Part shown: piece after piece, positions 52,993-60,869 of the stretch
How positions within the stretch are numbered: the stretch's first letter is position 1
Layout of the letters: every line of letters begins with the position of its first letter
DNA from: an uncultured Thermoleophilia bacterium
GTDB lineage: Bacteria > Actinomycetota > Thermoleophilia > UBA2241
Length of the DNA stretch: 64,000 nt
Direction of reading: 5' to 3'
NCBI GenBank assembly: GCA_963702475.1
Contig: CAVPCT010000005.1
Span: 384,001 to 448,000 of the forward strand
Program-made: the position numbers and the translations under genes
Notes under the pieces: generated by a model
Told to the model about the DNA's origin: nothing
Seen by the model: only the letters and a program-made list of their open reading frames with translations
Database searches by the model: none

Positions 52993-53360
52993 AGGGCCAC
53001 CCCGTGGTGCTCGACGGCGTCCCACAGGCGTTGCGTGCACGTGTCCAGGTCGACCAGGTCGAACTCGAAGTCCGCTGACAGCATCAACAGACGGTCGAGC
53101 GCCCTGTGGTGAGCCGCTCCGAGCCCTCGCGCCGCGAGGTCGATGTCCGAGTGGGCACCGAAGGGTCCGCCTTCAGCGAGCGAGCCGAACAGGAAGACGT
53201 CCGTCGCCCCGAAGCCCGCGCGGAGCACCTGGGCAGCCTCGCGAGCAAGGCGCAGTGCCGCGTCGGCGCGCACGCTTCGCCGCGCCGCCTCCTCAGACTC
53301 GCGACGGCGACGTGTGGCGCGGTACGCCGCCAGCTGCTCGGGTGTCATCTCGAGGATCAT
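52989..53360 (-). CDS. Minimal nucleotidyltransferase (MNT/MntA-like antitoxin)
   Basis: LFGSLA...SDIDLA...FDLVD. Confidence 0.85.
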   Translation of the reverse strand: MILEMTPEQLAAYRATRRRRESEEAARRSVRADAALRLAREAAQVLRAGFGATDVFLFGSLAEGGPFGAHSDIDLAARGLGAAHHRALDRLLMLSADFEFDLVDLDTCTQRLWDAVEHHGVAL

Positions 53361-53478
53361 CGTCGCGAGTAGACCGCCGCGCTCCGGACCCGCCAGTGAC
53401 CCCGAGTCAGCTCTCCCCCGTGCGGGTCCTGAGCATGGGGGCGCGGGGGCCTCGACGGCGATGACGCGTCGCCGTTGA

Positions 53479-53889
53479 CTACTCGACCGGCTCGGCCTCG
53501 CCGAACGCGGCGCTCCCGTCGGTCTCGCGCCAGGGGATCACGAAGCAGCGCACGTCCGTCTCGGGAAAGGCGTTCTCCAGCAGCACGCGCACGCGTTTGA
53601 GGTCGCGCACCAGCAGTCCCTGCTGGTCGAACCCGAAACCGCCCAGAGCGCGTTCGTACGCCTGGCAGTCCTGATGGGACACGAGGTAGATGCGGCGGAT
53701 GCCGTGCGTGTCGAGCTGCGTGCGCACGCAGCCCAGCGCCACGCGCCGCTCCGTGCCCGCCTGCGTGAACACCAGCGGGCCGCCGGGCACCAGAAGCCGG
53801 TCGGCGGCCCCTTCGCCCTCCTTCTCCTGGAGGGCGGCGAGCGAGGCGGCCACGCGGCCGTCTGAACAGGCGATGAAGAGCGCGGTCAC
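53479..53889 (-). CDS. Small beta-carbonic-anhydrase-like protein
   Basis: CSDGR and HQDC zinc ligands. Confidence 0.65.
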   Translation of the reverse strand: MTALFIACSDGRVAASLAALQEKEGEGAADRLLVPGGPLVFTQAGTERRVALGCVRTQLDTHGIRRIYLVSHQDCQAYERALGGFGFDQQGLLVRDLKRVRVLLENAFPETDVRCFVIPWRETDGSAAFGEAEPVE

Positions 53890-54051
53890 GGCCGGGGCAT
53901 GTCGGTGAGGGCTCCCACGGGTGGCAAGTATGCCAGATGACCGCCGTCGCTACTACTCGGCTCGCGGCGGCCGAGCGCGCGGGTCGCCCGCCGGCGACTC
54001 CCGCGGCGCGAATGGCCGCCGCACCGTCCCGGCGCTACACTGACCTTCCCC

Positions 54052-54141
54052 GGAGGGATGGCAGAGCGGTTCATTGCACCGGTCTTGAAAACCGGCAGAC
54101 CCGCAAGGGTCTCGTGGGTTCGAATCCCACTCCCTCCGCCA
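54052..54141 (+). tRNA. tRNA-Ser(TGA)
   Basis: GGAGGGA acceptor, anticodon loop CTTGAAA, long variable arm, GGTTCGAATCC, CCA; TACACT at 54036. Confidence 0.97.
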
Positions 54142-54302
54142 GCTTGCAGGGATTGTGTCCCGTTCCTGCCTCTTGAGCGACTCTCGGCGATCCGCCCTCT
54201 TCCCCACTTTCGTGCTGGAGAGATGTACTCCGCACGGGGGGCCGAACACTCGGAGACCCACTCCCATGCCTTCCTTGTGACTGCGTTGCATGGGGATCGC
54301 GG

Positions 54303-55262
54303 CTACTGGTACATCTCGTGGATGTGCTCCTGTCCGTTCGACAGATAGACGGAGATGAAGAAGTAACCGGTCTCATCGTGCCGGAACTCCGCGGGGACCT
54401 CATAGAAGAAGGTGCCGTCCTCGCCGCTGCCCTGGCTGAGCGGCGCACCACTGTACGGATCGAGGGGCCAGTCCTTATCGGCGATGTAGGGAGCGAGGTC
54501 TCCGCCGATATCGACATCGTTGGGCGGCTCCGTCGTGTCGGCCGTGTACTGCTCGATCGCCGCGGCAATCTGCTCGACGCCGGCGATGAGCTGCTCATCC
54601 TCGGGCGTCTCGGCCTCGGCGTCGGCCGGCGGAGTCTCCACCGGCTGTCCTCCGACGCCGAGCGTGTACGAGTCCGTCCACCCGTAGTCCACCCCGTCGA
54701 CGACCAGCCAGCATTCCTCCCACAGTGTGCCCGCGGCCTGGTCGACGGTGAGGGCGATCCTGTTGTCCGCTACGTCCGCGGCCGCGACCTCGTCGGGAGT
54801 CATCTCGGCAAGCAGCGCGATCTGGTCCGTACCCCACTCGTAGGTCATCGCGTCGCCCTCGATGACCCAGTCGGACGCCTCACCCCACTGGTCGCCGCCG
54901 GTCGTCCAGTACGCCGTGGGCCCGCTCACGATCTCGACGCTGTCTCCGCGAGGCGAGATCCACAGCCCGAGAAACGCCTCTTCGAAGGATGACTTCTCGG
55001 GAGACGACGACTGCCCTGCGACGACCTCTGGATCCAGTGAAGATGTCGCGGAGACCGGTTGATCACCGCCGCAGCCAGCTGCGAGCAGCGCCACGAGCAG
55101 CAGCACGATAAGCGCCCGCGGCGCCAGAGCGCCCGGGCGCGTGAGCCTGAGTCTCGATGTGAGGTCAGCTCGAGCTCTCGCGAGGCGCCACAAGCACGAG
55201 CCGAATCTCCCGTGATGCCTCCCTCGCCCTCCAGCCCAAGACCGATCATGAGATCCAGCCAT
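54303..55262 (-). CDS. Acidic lipoprotein with C-terminal GspG/pseudopilin-like segment
   Basis: Hydrophobic stretch and lipobox LAAGC; AIEQY..D...P...L.PY...P.DPY; start uncertain, probably downstream of 55262. Confidence 0.6.
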   Translation of the reverse strand: MAGSHDRSWAGGRGRHHGRFGSCLWRLARARADLTSRLRLTRPGALAPRALIVLLLVALLAAGCGGDQPVSATSSLDPEVVAGQSSSPEKSSFEEAFLGLWISPRGDSVEIVSGPTAYWTTGGDQWGEASDWVIEGDAMTYEWGTDQIALLAEMTPDEVAAADVADNRIALTVDQAAGTLWEECWLVVDGVDYGWTDSYTLGVGGQPVETPPADAEAETPEDEQLIAGVEQIAAAIEQYTADTTEPPNDVDIGGDLAPYIADKDWPLDPYSGAPLSQGSGEDGTFFYEVPAEFRHDETGYFFISVYLSNGQEHIHEMYQ

Positions 55263-55458
55263 CGCCCCTCCACCTTCGCACTTCCAGCGCTCCCCCCTGC
55301 CACAAGGCGACCCAGCCGATCTCGGCGGCTCAAAGCCTTGCGCAACACAAGCCTCTGAAGGGCCTCGTATGAGTCCTTGCCTACACCCGCTTCCATCTGC
55401 CGTCAACAATCGAGGACGAAGGAACGGGCCGCGGACTCGCAAGCCGCCAACGGGCTCG

Positions 55459-55491
55459 CTCGTCGGCTCGAATCCCCCTCCCTCCGCCAGC
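55459..55491 (+). repeat. Degenerate copy of tRNA-Ser 3' end (att-like)
   Basis: 30/33 identity to 54111-54143. Confidence 0.85.
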
Positions 55492-55507
55492 GTTACAATC
55501 GGATGTC

Positions 55508-55774
55508 ATGGCACTCGCATTCCTCTATCTCGTCCTCGCCCTGGTCGCTTTCGTCGGCGCGACCGTCGTGGCAGTCATGATCATGACGCGCATCGAAGCG
55601 CGGCGCGGTCGGCGCAGCAGGCCCGCGGACGGGGCGATGGTCTCAATGCTCCGCGGCCGCCGCCGGCGTCTGGACCGGCGGCTTGGCATCCACGAGGACG
55701 AGTCACCCGAGGCTCCACGCGCAGACGCCGAGACGGCCGAGCGGGTGGAGGAGACCTTAGGCCAGAGCGACTGA
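55508..55774 (+). CDS. Small single-TM protein
   Basis: Hydrophobic N-terminus, basic then acidic tail; TACAAT 8 nt upstream. Confidence 0.6.
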   Translation: MALAFLYLVLALVAFVGATVVAVMIMTRIEARRGRRSRPADGAMVSMLRGRRRRLDRRLGIHEDESPEAPRADAETAERVEETLGQSD

Positions 55775-55806
55775 AGACGCAGTGGCGTGGCGCCCGGCAG
55801 CGCACC

Positions 55807-56301
55807 TCACCCTGCGGCCGGTTCCCCTGAGGCGGACTCCTTGAAGCACACTGCCACCCTGTGCCCGCCCGGCTCGCCCATGCGGAAAGCGGCCACGCGA
55901 TACGAGAGTCATCAGGTAGAGGCGCCGGCCGCCGGGCCGGTGGATGTCCGGCACCTGCTCCGGGTCCAAGGATGCCACGTCGAACCCCGCGCCATGGTCG
56001 CGCACCTCCGCCCACAGGTCCGATTCCCCGAAAGCAAGGCGCACCTCGAGGTCGCCGACCCGCCCCCCGTGCCCGCCGAGTTGGTCGTCGCCTCCTCTAC
56101 CGCGAGGGTAACGTCGCCGACGTCCGTCGGAGAGAGCGCCTGCTCGTGACCGCACGACCTTTTCACCGATTCCGCGTCCCTCGAGAGGTGCGTTCGTCCC
56201 AGCCGCAGTCGCGCCTCGCCGAACCTCCGATACCGTTCGTCGAGAGGAACGCGCGGGAGGCGCGGAGCTTGGTGCTTGTCCTCCGGCCGGTCGGGAAGCA
56301 C
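55807..56301 (-). pseudogene. RsbW-like anti-sigma factor (HATPase_c) pseudogene
   Basis: LAVEEATTN, DHGAGF/GGRRLYLM and the terminal strands lie in three frames; 5' end uncertain. Confidence 0.7.
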
Positions 56302-56415
56302 GAGCCCGTACGCGGCGTGGGCCGCGGGTCGACTGACCCGCGGCCCACGCCGCGTCTGCTCCCGTGCGGCCGGAACGGCGCTGCGCGCCCCGCCGGCCGG
56401 TTGCTCTTCGGCTTC

Positions 56416-57750
56416 TCAGAGCCGCGCGTAGTACTTGCGGATCTCCCAGTCGGTGACCTGCTCGCGGTACTCGTACCACTCGTTGAGCTTGTTGGTCACG
56501 AAGCGCTCGAACACGTGGTCGCCGAGGGTGCGCTTCACGAGCTCGCTGTTCTGGGTGGCCTGGATGGCCTCGTAGAGGTTGTTCGGCAGGTTGCCGAGGC
56601 CGTGCGTCTCGCGTTCGTCGGCGGTCATCTTGTAGATGTTGGGCTCCACGCTCGGCGGCAGCTCGTAGCCCTTCTCGATGCCTTCGAGGCCGGCGGCCAG
56701 CATGACGGCGAACGCCAGGTACGGGTTGGCCGCCGGGTCGGGGTTGCGGAGCTCGGCACGTACCGTGCTCTCCTTGCCCTGCACGTACAGCGGCACGCGG
56801 ATGAGGGCGGTGCGGTTGCGGTGCGCCCAGCTGATGTAGACGGGAGCCTCGTAGCCCGGCACCAGGCGCTTGTAGCTGTTCACGTACTGGTTGAGGACCG
56901 AGGTGAACTCGCGCATGTGCATGAGCTGGCCGGCGATGAAGCCCTTGGCGATGTCGCTCAGGTGGTCCGGGTCGGTCTCGCTGAACATCGCGTTGTTCTT
57001 GCCGCGGAACAGGCTCTGGTGCACGTGCATGCCGCTGCCGTTCTCGCCGTGCAGGGGCTTGGGCATGAAGGTGGCGTGCACGCCGTTGTGGGCCGCGACC
57101 TCCTTGACGATGAGGCGGATGATCATGACGCGGTCGGCCATGAGCAGCGCCTTGTCGTAGTGCGGGTCGATCTCGTGCTGCGACGGGGCGACCTCGTGGT
57201 GGCTGGCCTCCATGTGGATGCCGAGCTTGTCCAGGGTGCGCATGGTCTGCTTGCGCAGGTCGTTGCCGAGGTCGTCGGGGAGCACGTCGAAGTAGCCGCC
57301 CTCGTCGGTGAGCTCCGGGTACTCCGCGTCCTTGAAGTAGAAGTACTCGAGCTCGGGGCCGACGAAGAACTCGAGGCCCATGTCGCGGGCGCGGTCGAGC
57401 TGGCGGCGGAGCACCCAGCGCGGATCGCCCTCGAACGGCTTGAAGTTGCGGTCGAGCACGTCACAGAACACGAACGCCGTGCGCTCGTTGCCCTGCGCCC
57501 ACGGCAGCACGTGGAAGGTGTTCCAGTCGGGCATCGCCACGATGTCCGACTCCTCGATCTCGGCGTAGCCGCTGATGGAGGAGCCGTCGAAGGCGGCGCC
57601 GCTCTCGATCACGCTGTCGAGCTGGCGGTCGGGGATCTCCACCATCTTGAGGTTGCCGAGGATGTCCGTGAACCACAGCTGGATGTGCTTCACGTTCTCG
57701 TCTGCGACCGTCTTGCGGATCGTGGCCTGAACATCAGTGCTCATCGTCAT
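56416..57750 (-). CDS. glnA: Glutamine synthetase type I
   Basis: FDGSS, HHEVAPSQHE, ATFMPKP..GENGSGMH, NSYKRLVPGYEAP, ELRNPD. Confidence 0.97.
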   Translation of the reverse strand: MTMSTDVQATIRKTVADENVKHIQLWFTDILGNLKMVEIPDRQLDSVIESGAAFDGSSISGYAEIEESDIVAMPDWNTFHVLPWAQGNERTAFVFCDVLDRNFKPFEGDPRWVLRRQLDRARDMGLEFFVGPELEYFYFKDAEYPELTDEGGYFDVLPDDLGNDLRKQTMRTLDKLGIHMEASHHEVAPSQHEIDPHYDKALLMADRVMIIRLIVKEVAAHNGVHATFMPKPLHGENGSGMHVHQSLFRGKNNAMFSETDPDHLSDIAKGFIAGQLMHMREFTSVLNQYVNSYKRLVPGYEAPVYISWAHRNRTALIRVPLYVQGKESTVRAELRNPDPAANPYLAFAVMLAAGLEGIEKGYELPPSVEPNIYKMTADERETHGLGNLPNNLYEAIQATQNSELVKRTLGDHVFERFVTNKLNEWYEYREQVTDWEIRKYYARL

Positions 57751-58055
57751 CCTCTCGGGTCGGGGGTGCGCGCGGGGCGCAACGGGGGTGGGGTGGTGCG
57801 GTGACCTCTGTGGACGCGCGCCAGGGGGGCGCGAGGGTGGTCGAGCACGCGGCTGCGCGCGACGGAAGACATGGCGGGATGCCGAGGAGCCGCCGGAACG
57901 GCGGCGTCGAAGATGCCCGCGGGCGCGGCGCTGCGGGCTCCTCGAGGATGAAGGCGGTGTCGCCTTGTGCTGATCATGCCGATCCCTCTCCTCAGAGGTG
58001 ATGCGTCTGTGCGCTGGGCGGAAGTATACGCCGCCTGGGGACTGCCGCCCAACCA

Positions 58056-58094
58056 GGGCCGTCCGGCGGGTGCGTCATACCCGCCGGACGGCCC
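58056..58094. repeat. Perfect 16-bp inverted repeat in the glnA/acs divergent region
   Basis: GGGCCGTCCGGCGGGT-N7-ACCCGCCGGACGGCCC. Confidence 0.85.
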
Positions 58095-58180
58095 CTATTC
58101 GTCTAGTTTGTGAAAGCACATACGTCAAGCTGACGCTGTCCACGATGCGGACGCACCCGACCCCATCGCGGATGCGCTGA

Positions 58181-58198
58181 TTGTGACAAACCGCACAA
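58181..58198. promoter_or_regulatory. Rex- or CRP/FNR-like operator upstream of the acs operon
   Basis: TTGTGACAAACCGCACAA versus Rex TTGTGAA-N4-TTCACAA and CRP TGTGA-N6-TCACA. Confidence 0.55.
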
Positions 58199-58321
58199 CT
58201 GTTGCGCGGAAATACACCCTCCTGTACAGTCCTTGATAGCCTGAGCGGTACCCCCAGCCGTATCCCACAGCCCACGGGTGCCGCTCATCGGCCGTTTTCG
58301 ACACTTGACAAGGAGCGGTTG

Positions 58322-58645
58322 ATGGAAGAGCTGGTCCTCGCGCTACCGGGCCTGTGGGCCGACCACCACATCCTCGTCGTGCGCGACCTCCTCAAGCAGG
58401 ACGAGGCGGTCCGGATCGTCGCCGTGAGCGCGCTCGATCGCAGCGTCACCCTGACCTACGATCCCGCCCGCACCGACCCGGTGAAGATCGCCGCCCTCCT
58501 CGAAGCGGGCGGGTACCAGACCGGAGCTGCCGACGAACCGGCTCCCGCCCTCACCAGCAAGCCGGCATGGGCCACCGCCGGCGTGCGCATCACCGCCACC
58601 AACGCCGTCGACCTCGCGATGTCGGGAGACCACCGCAAGTACTGA
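58322..58645 (+). CDS. HMA-fold protein with WADHH in place of the CxxC loop
   Basis: AAGGAG SD; HMA pattern (LPGL..., VTLTYDP, LEAGGY); no Cys. Confidence 0.75.
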   Translation: MEELVLALPGLWADHHILVVRDLLKQDEAVRIVAVSALDRSVTLTYDPARTDPVKIAALLEAGGYQTGAADEPAPALTSKPAWATAGVRITATNAVDLAMSGDHRKY

Positions 58646-58763
58646 CGGCCGCGCCACTTCGAGCGTGTCCCTCACGAGCAGCCACGCCGCCGCGTCCGGC
58701 GCGCGGGCGCCGCTGTCCCTTCAGCGGTCGCGCCGGAGCCCCGGCGGCAGAAGGAGATGACTC

Positions 58764-60869
58764 ATGGACGATGAGAAGAACGGCGCAGCTGCCGGAAGAT
58801 CCGCCCGGAGCATCGACCCGGCGGCCATCGAGATGCTGGCCCACGCCGACGAGTGCGGCATAGGCACGGTCTTCAGCCGTGCCGGCGAGATGAAGCCCTG
58901 CCCCATCGGCGAGAGCGGCGCCTGCTGTCGCATCTGCTCCATGGGCCCGTGCCGCCTGGTCGGTAAGGACGCCGAGCAGAAGACGGGCCTCTGCGGCGCC
59001 GATCTGCCCACGATCGCGGCGCGGCACTTCGCCCGCCAGGTCGCCGGCGGCGTGGCCGCGCACTCGGACCACGGCCGCGACATGGCCATGACGCTGCGCG
59101 CGGTGGCCAAAGGCGAAGCCGCCGGCTACAAGGTCAAGGACGAGCAGAAGCTCCACACGGTCGCCGCCCACATGGGCATCCCGACCGCCGGCCGAGAGGT
59201 CAACGAGGTCGCCCTCGACGTGGCCGACAGGGCGCTCCAGCAGTTCGGCCAGCCGCACGGCGAGATCATCTACACGAAGCGCGCCACGCCCAAGCGGCAG
59301 GCGCGCTGGCGCGAGCTGGGGCTCACCCCTCGCGCCATCGACCGTGAGGTCGTCGAGGTGCTCCACCGCACCCACGAGGGCGTGGACCTGGACGCCGAGA
59401 ACATCCTCAAGTCGGCCCTGCGCTGCTCTCTGGCCGACGGCTGGGGCGGCGCCATGCTGAGCACCGACATCAGCGACATCCTGTTCGGCACGCCCTCCCC
59501 GCTCTCGAGCGAGGTCAATCTCGGCGTGCTCAAGGCCGACCAGGTCAACGTCATCGTGCACGGTCACGAGCCCACACTCTCGGCCATGCTCGTGGAGGCC
59601 GCACGCGACCCCGAGCTCATCGCCGAGGCCAGGGCCGCCGGCGCGGAAGGCATCAACCTCGCCGGCATCTGCTGCACCAGCAACGAGATCCTCATGCGCT
59701 ACGGCATCCCGGCGGCCGGCAACTTCCTCCACCAGGAGCTGGCCGTGCTCACCGGCGCCGTCGAGACCATGGTGGTCGACGTGCAGTGCATCATGCAGGC
59801 GCTCGGGCCGCTCGCGCAGCGGTTCCACACGCAGCTCGTCACCACGTCGCCCAAGGCCAAGATCCCGGGCGCGACCCACGTCGAGTTCGACGAGCACCGC
59901 GCCCCCGAGACCGCCCGCGAGATCGTGCGCATGGCCATCGCCAACTACCCCAACCGCGGGCCCATCCACATCCCCGACTACCACGAGCCGCTCGTGGCGG
60001 GCTTCAGCCACGAGTACCTCAACTACATGCAGGGCGGGTTCCACCGCGGCTCGTTCCGGCCGCTCAACGACGCCGTGATCGCCGGCCGCATCCGCGGGCT
60101 GGCCGGCGTGGTGGGCTGCAACAACGCGCGCGTCACCCAGGACGAGGGCATCGTCGAGATGATCAAGCGCTTCATCGCCGACGACGTCATGGTGGTGGTC
60201 ACGGGCTGCGCCGCCACCGCCGGCGCCAAGGCCGGGTACCTGAGTCCGGAGATCCTGGACTCGTGCGGTCCCGGCCTGCGCGAGGTGATGGAGGCCATCG
60301 GCATCCCGCCGGTGCTCCACCTCGGCTCGTGCGTTGACAACTCCCGCATCCTCACGGTGCTCACGCAGGTGGCCACCGAGGGCGGCCTCGGAGAAGACAT
60401 CGACGACCTGCCGGCCGTCGGCCTCTGCCCGGAGTGGATGTGCGAGAAGGCCATCGCCATCGGCACCTACTTCGCCGCCTCCGGCGCCCACGTCATCTTC
60501 GGCGTGAGCAGCCCGGTCGAGGCCTCCAGCGTCGCCACGAAGCTCATGACGGAGGGCTGGGAGCAGCTCGTGGGAGGCGACCTGGAGTTCATCCCCGACT
60601 GGGACCAGATGTACGCACGCTCGCTCGAGCTCATCGACGCCAAGCGCGCGGCCCTCAAGCTGCCGCAGTACGACCCCGGCCAGTTCGGGGCCAGCGGCGA
60701 CAGCCTGTTCTTCGCCGAGATCAGAAAGTACCTGGCCGAGAAGGCTCTGGAGGCAGAGCGCGGCCTGGAGACCGTCGGCTCGCCGGTGTACCCGCTCGCC
60801 GAGGGCCACTCCCACGACCACGGCGACGGCGACGGCCACGGTCACGCCCACGAGGAGGGTGAGGCCTGA
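58764..60869 (+). CDS. cooS: Anaerobic Ni-CO dehydrogenase catalytic subunit (CooS/AcsA)
   Basis: CPIG..GACCRICSMGPC, HSDH, HGH, GICCT, GCNN, GSCVDNSR, EKA. Confidence 0.96.
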   Translation: MDDEKNGAAAGRSARSIDPAAIEMLAHADECGIGTVFSRAGEMKPCPIGESGACCRICSMGPCRLVGKDAEQKTGLCGADLPTIAARHFARQVAGGVAAHSDHGRDMAMTLRAVAKGEAAGYKVKDEQKLHTVAAHMGIPTAGREVNEVALDVADRALQQFGQPHGEIIYTKRATPKRQARWRELGLTPRAIDREVVEVLHRTHEGVDLDAENILKSALRCSLADGWGGAMLSTDISDILFGTPSPLSSEVNLGVLKADQVNVIVHGHEPTLSAMLVEAARDPELIAEARAAGAEGINLAGICCTSNEILMRYGIPAAGNFLHQELAVLTGAVETMVVDVQCIMQALGPLAQRFHTQLVTTSPKAKIPGATHVEFDEHRAPETAREIVRMAIANYPNRGPIHIPDYHEPLVAGFSHEYLNYMQGGFHRGSFRPLNDAVIAGRIRGLAGVVGCNNARVTQDEGIVEMIKRFIADDVMVVVTGCAATAGAKAGYLSPEILDSCGPGLREVMEAIGIPPVLHLGSCVDNSRILTVLTQVATEGGLGEDIDDLPAVGLCPEWMCEKAIAIGTYFAASGAHVIFGVSSPVEASSVATKLMTEGWEQLVGGDLEFIPDWDQMYARSLELIDAKRAALKLPQYDPGQFGASGDSLFFAEIRKYLAEKALEAERGLETVGSPVYPLAEGHSHDHGDGDGHGHAHEEGEA

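Noticed and set aside
55459-55491. Second tRNA-Ser gene
   Set aside because: Only the T-arm and 3' acceptor half are present, with stem mismatches.
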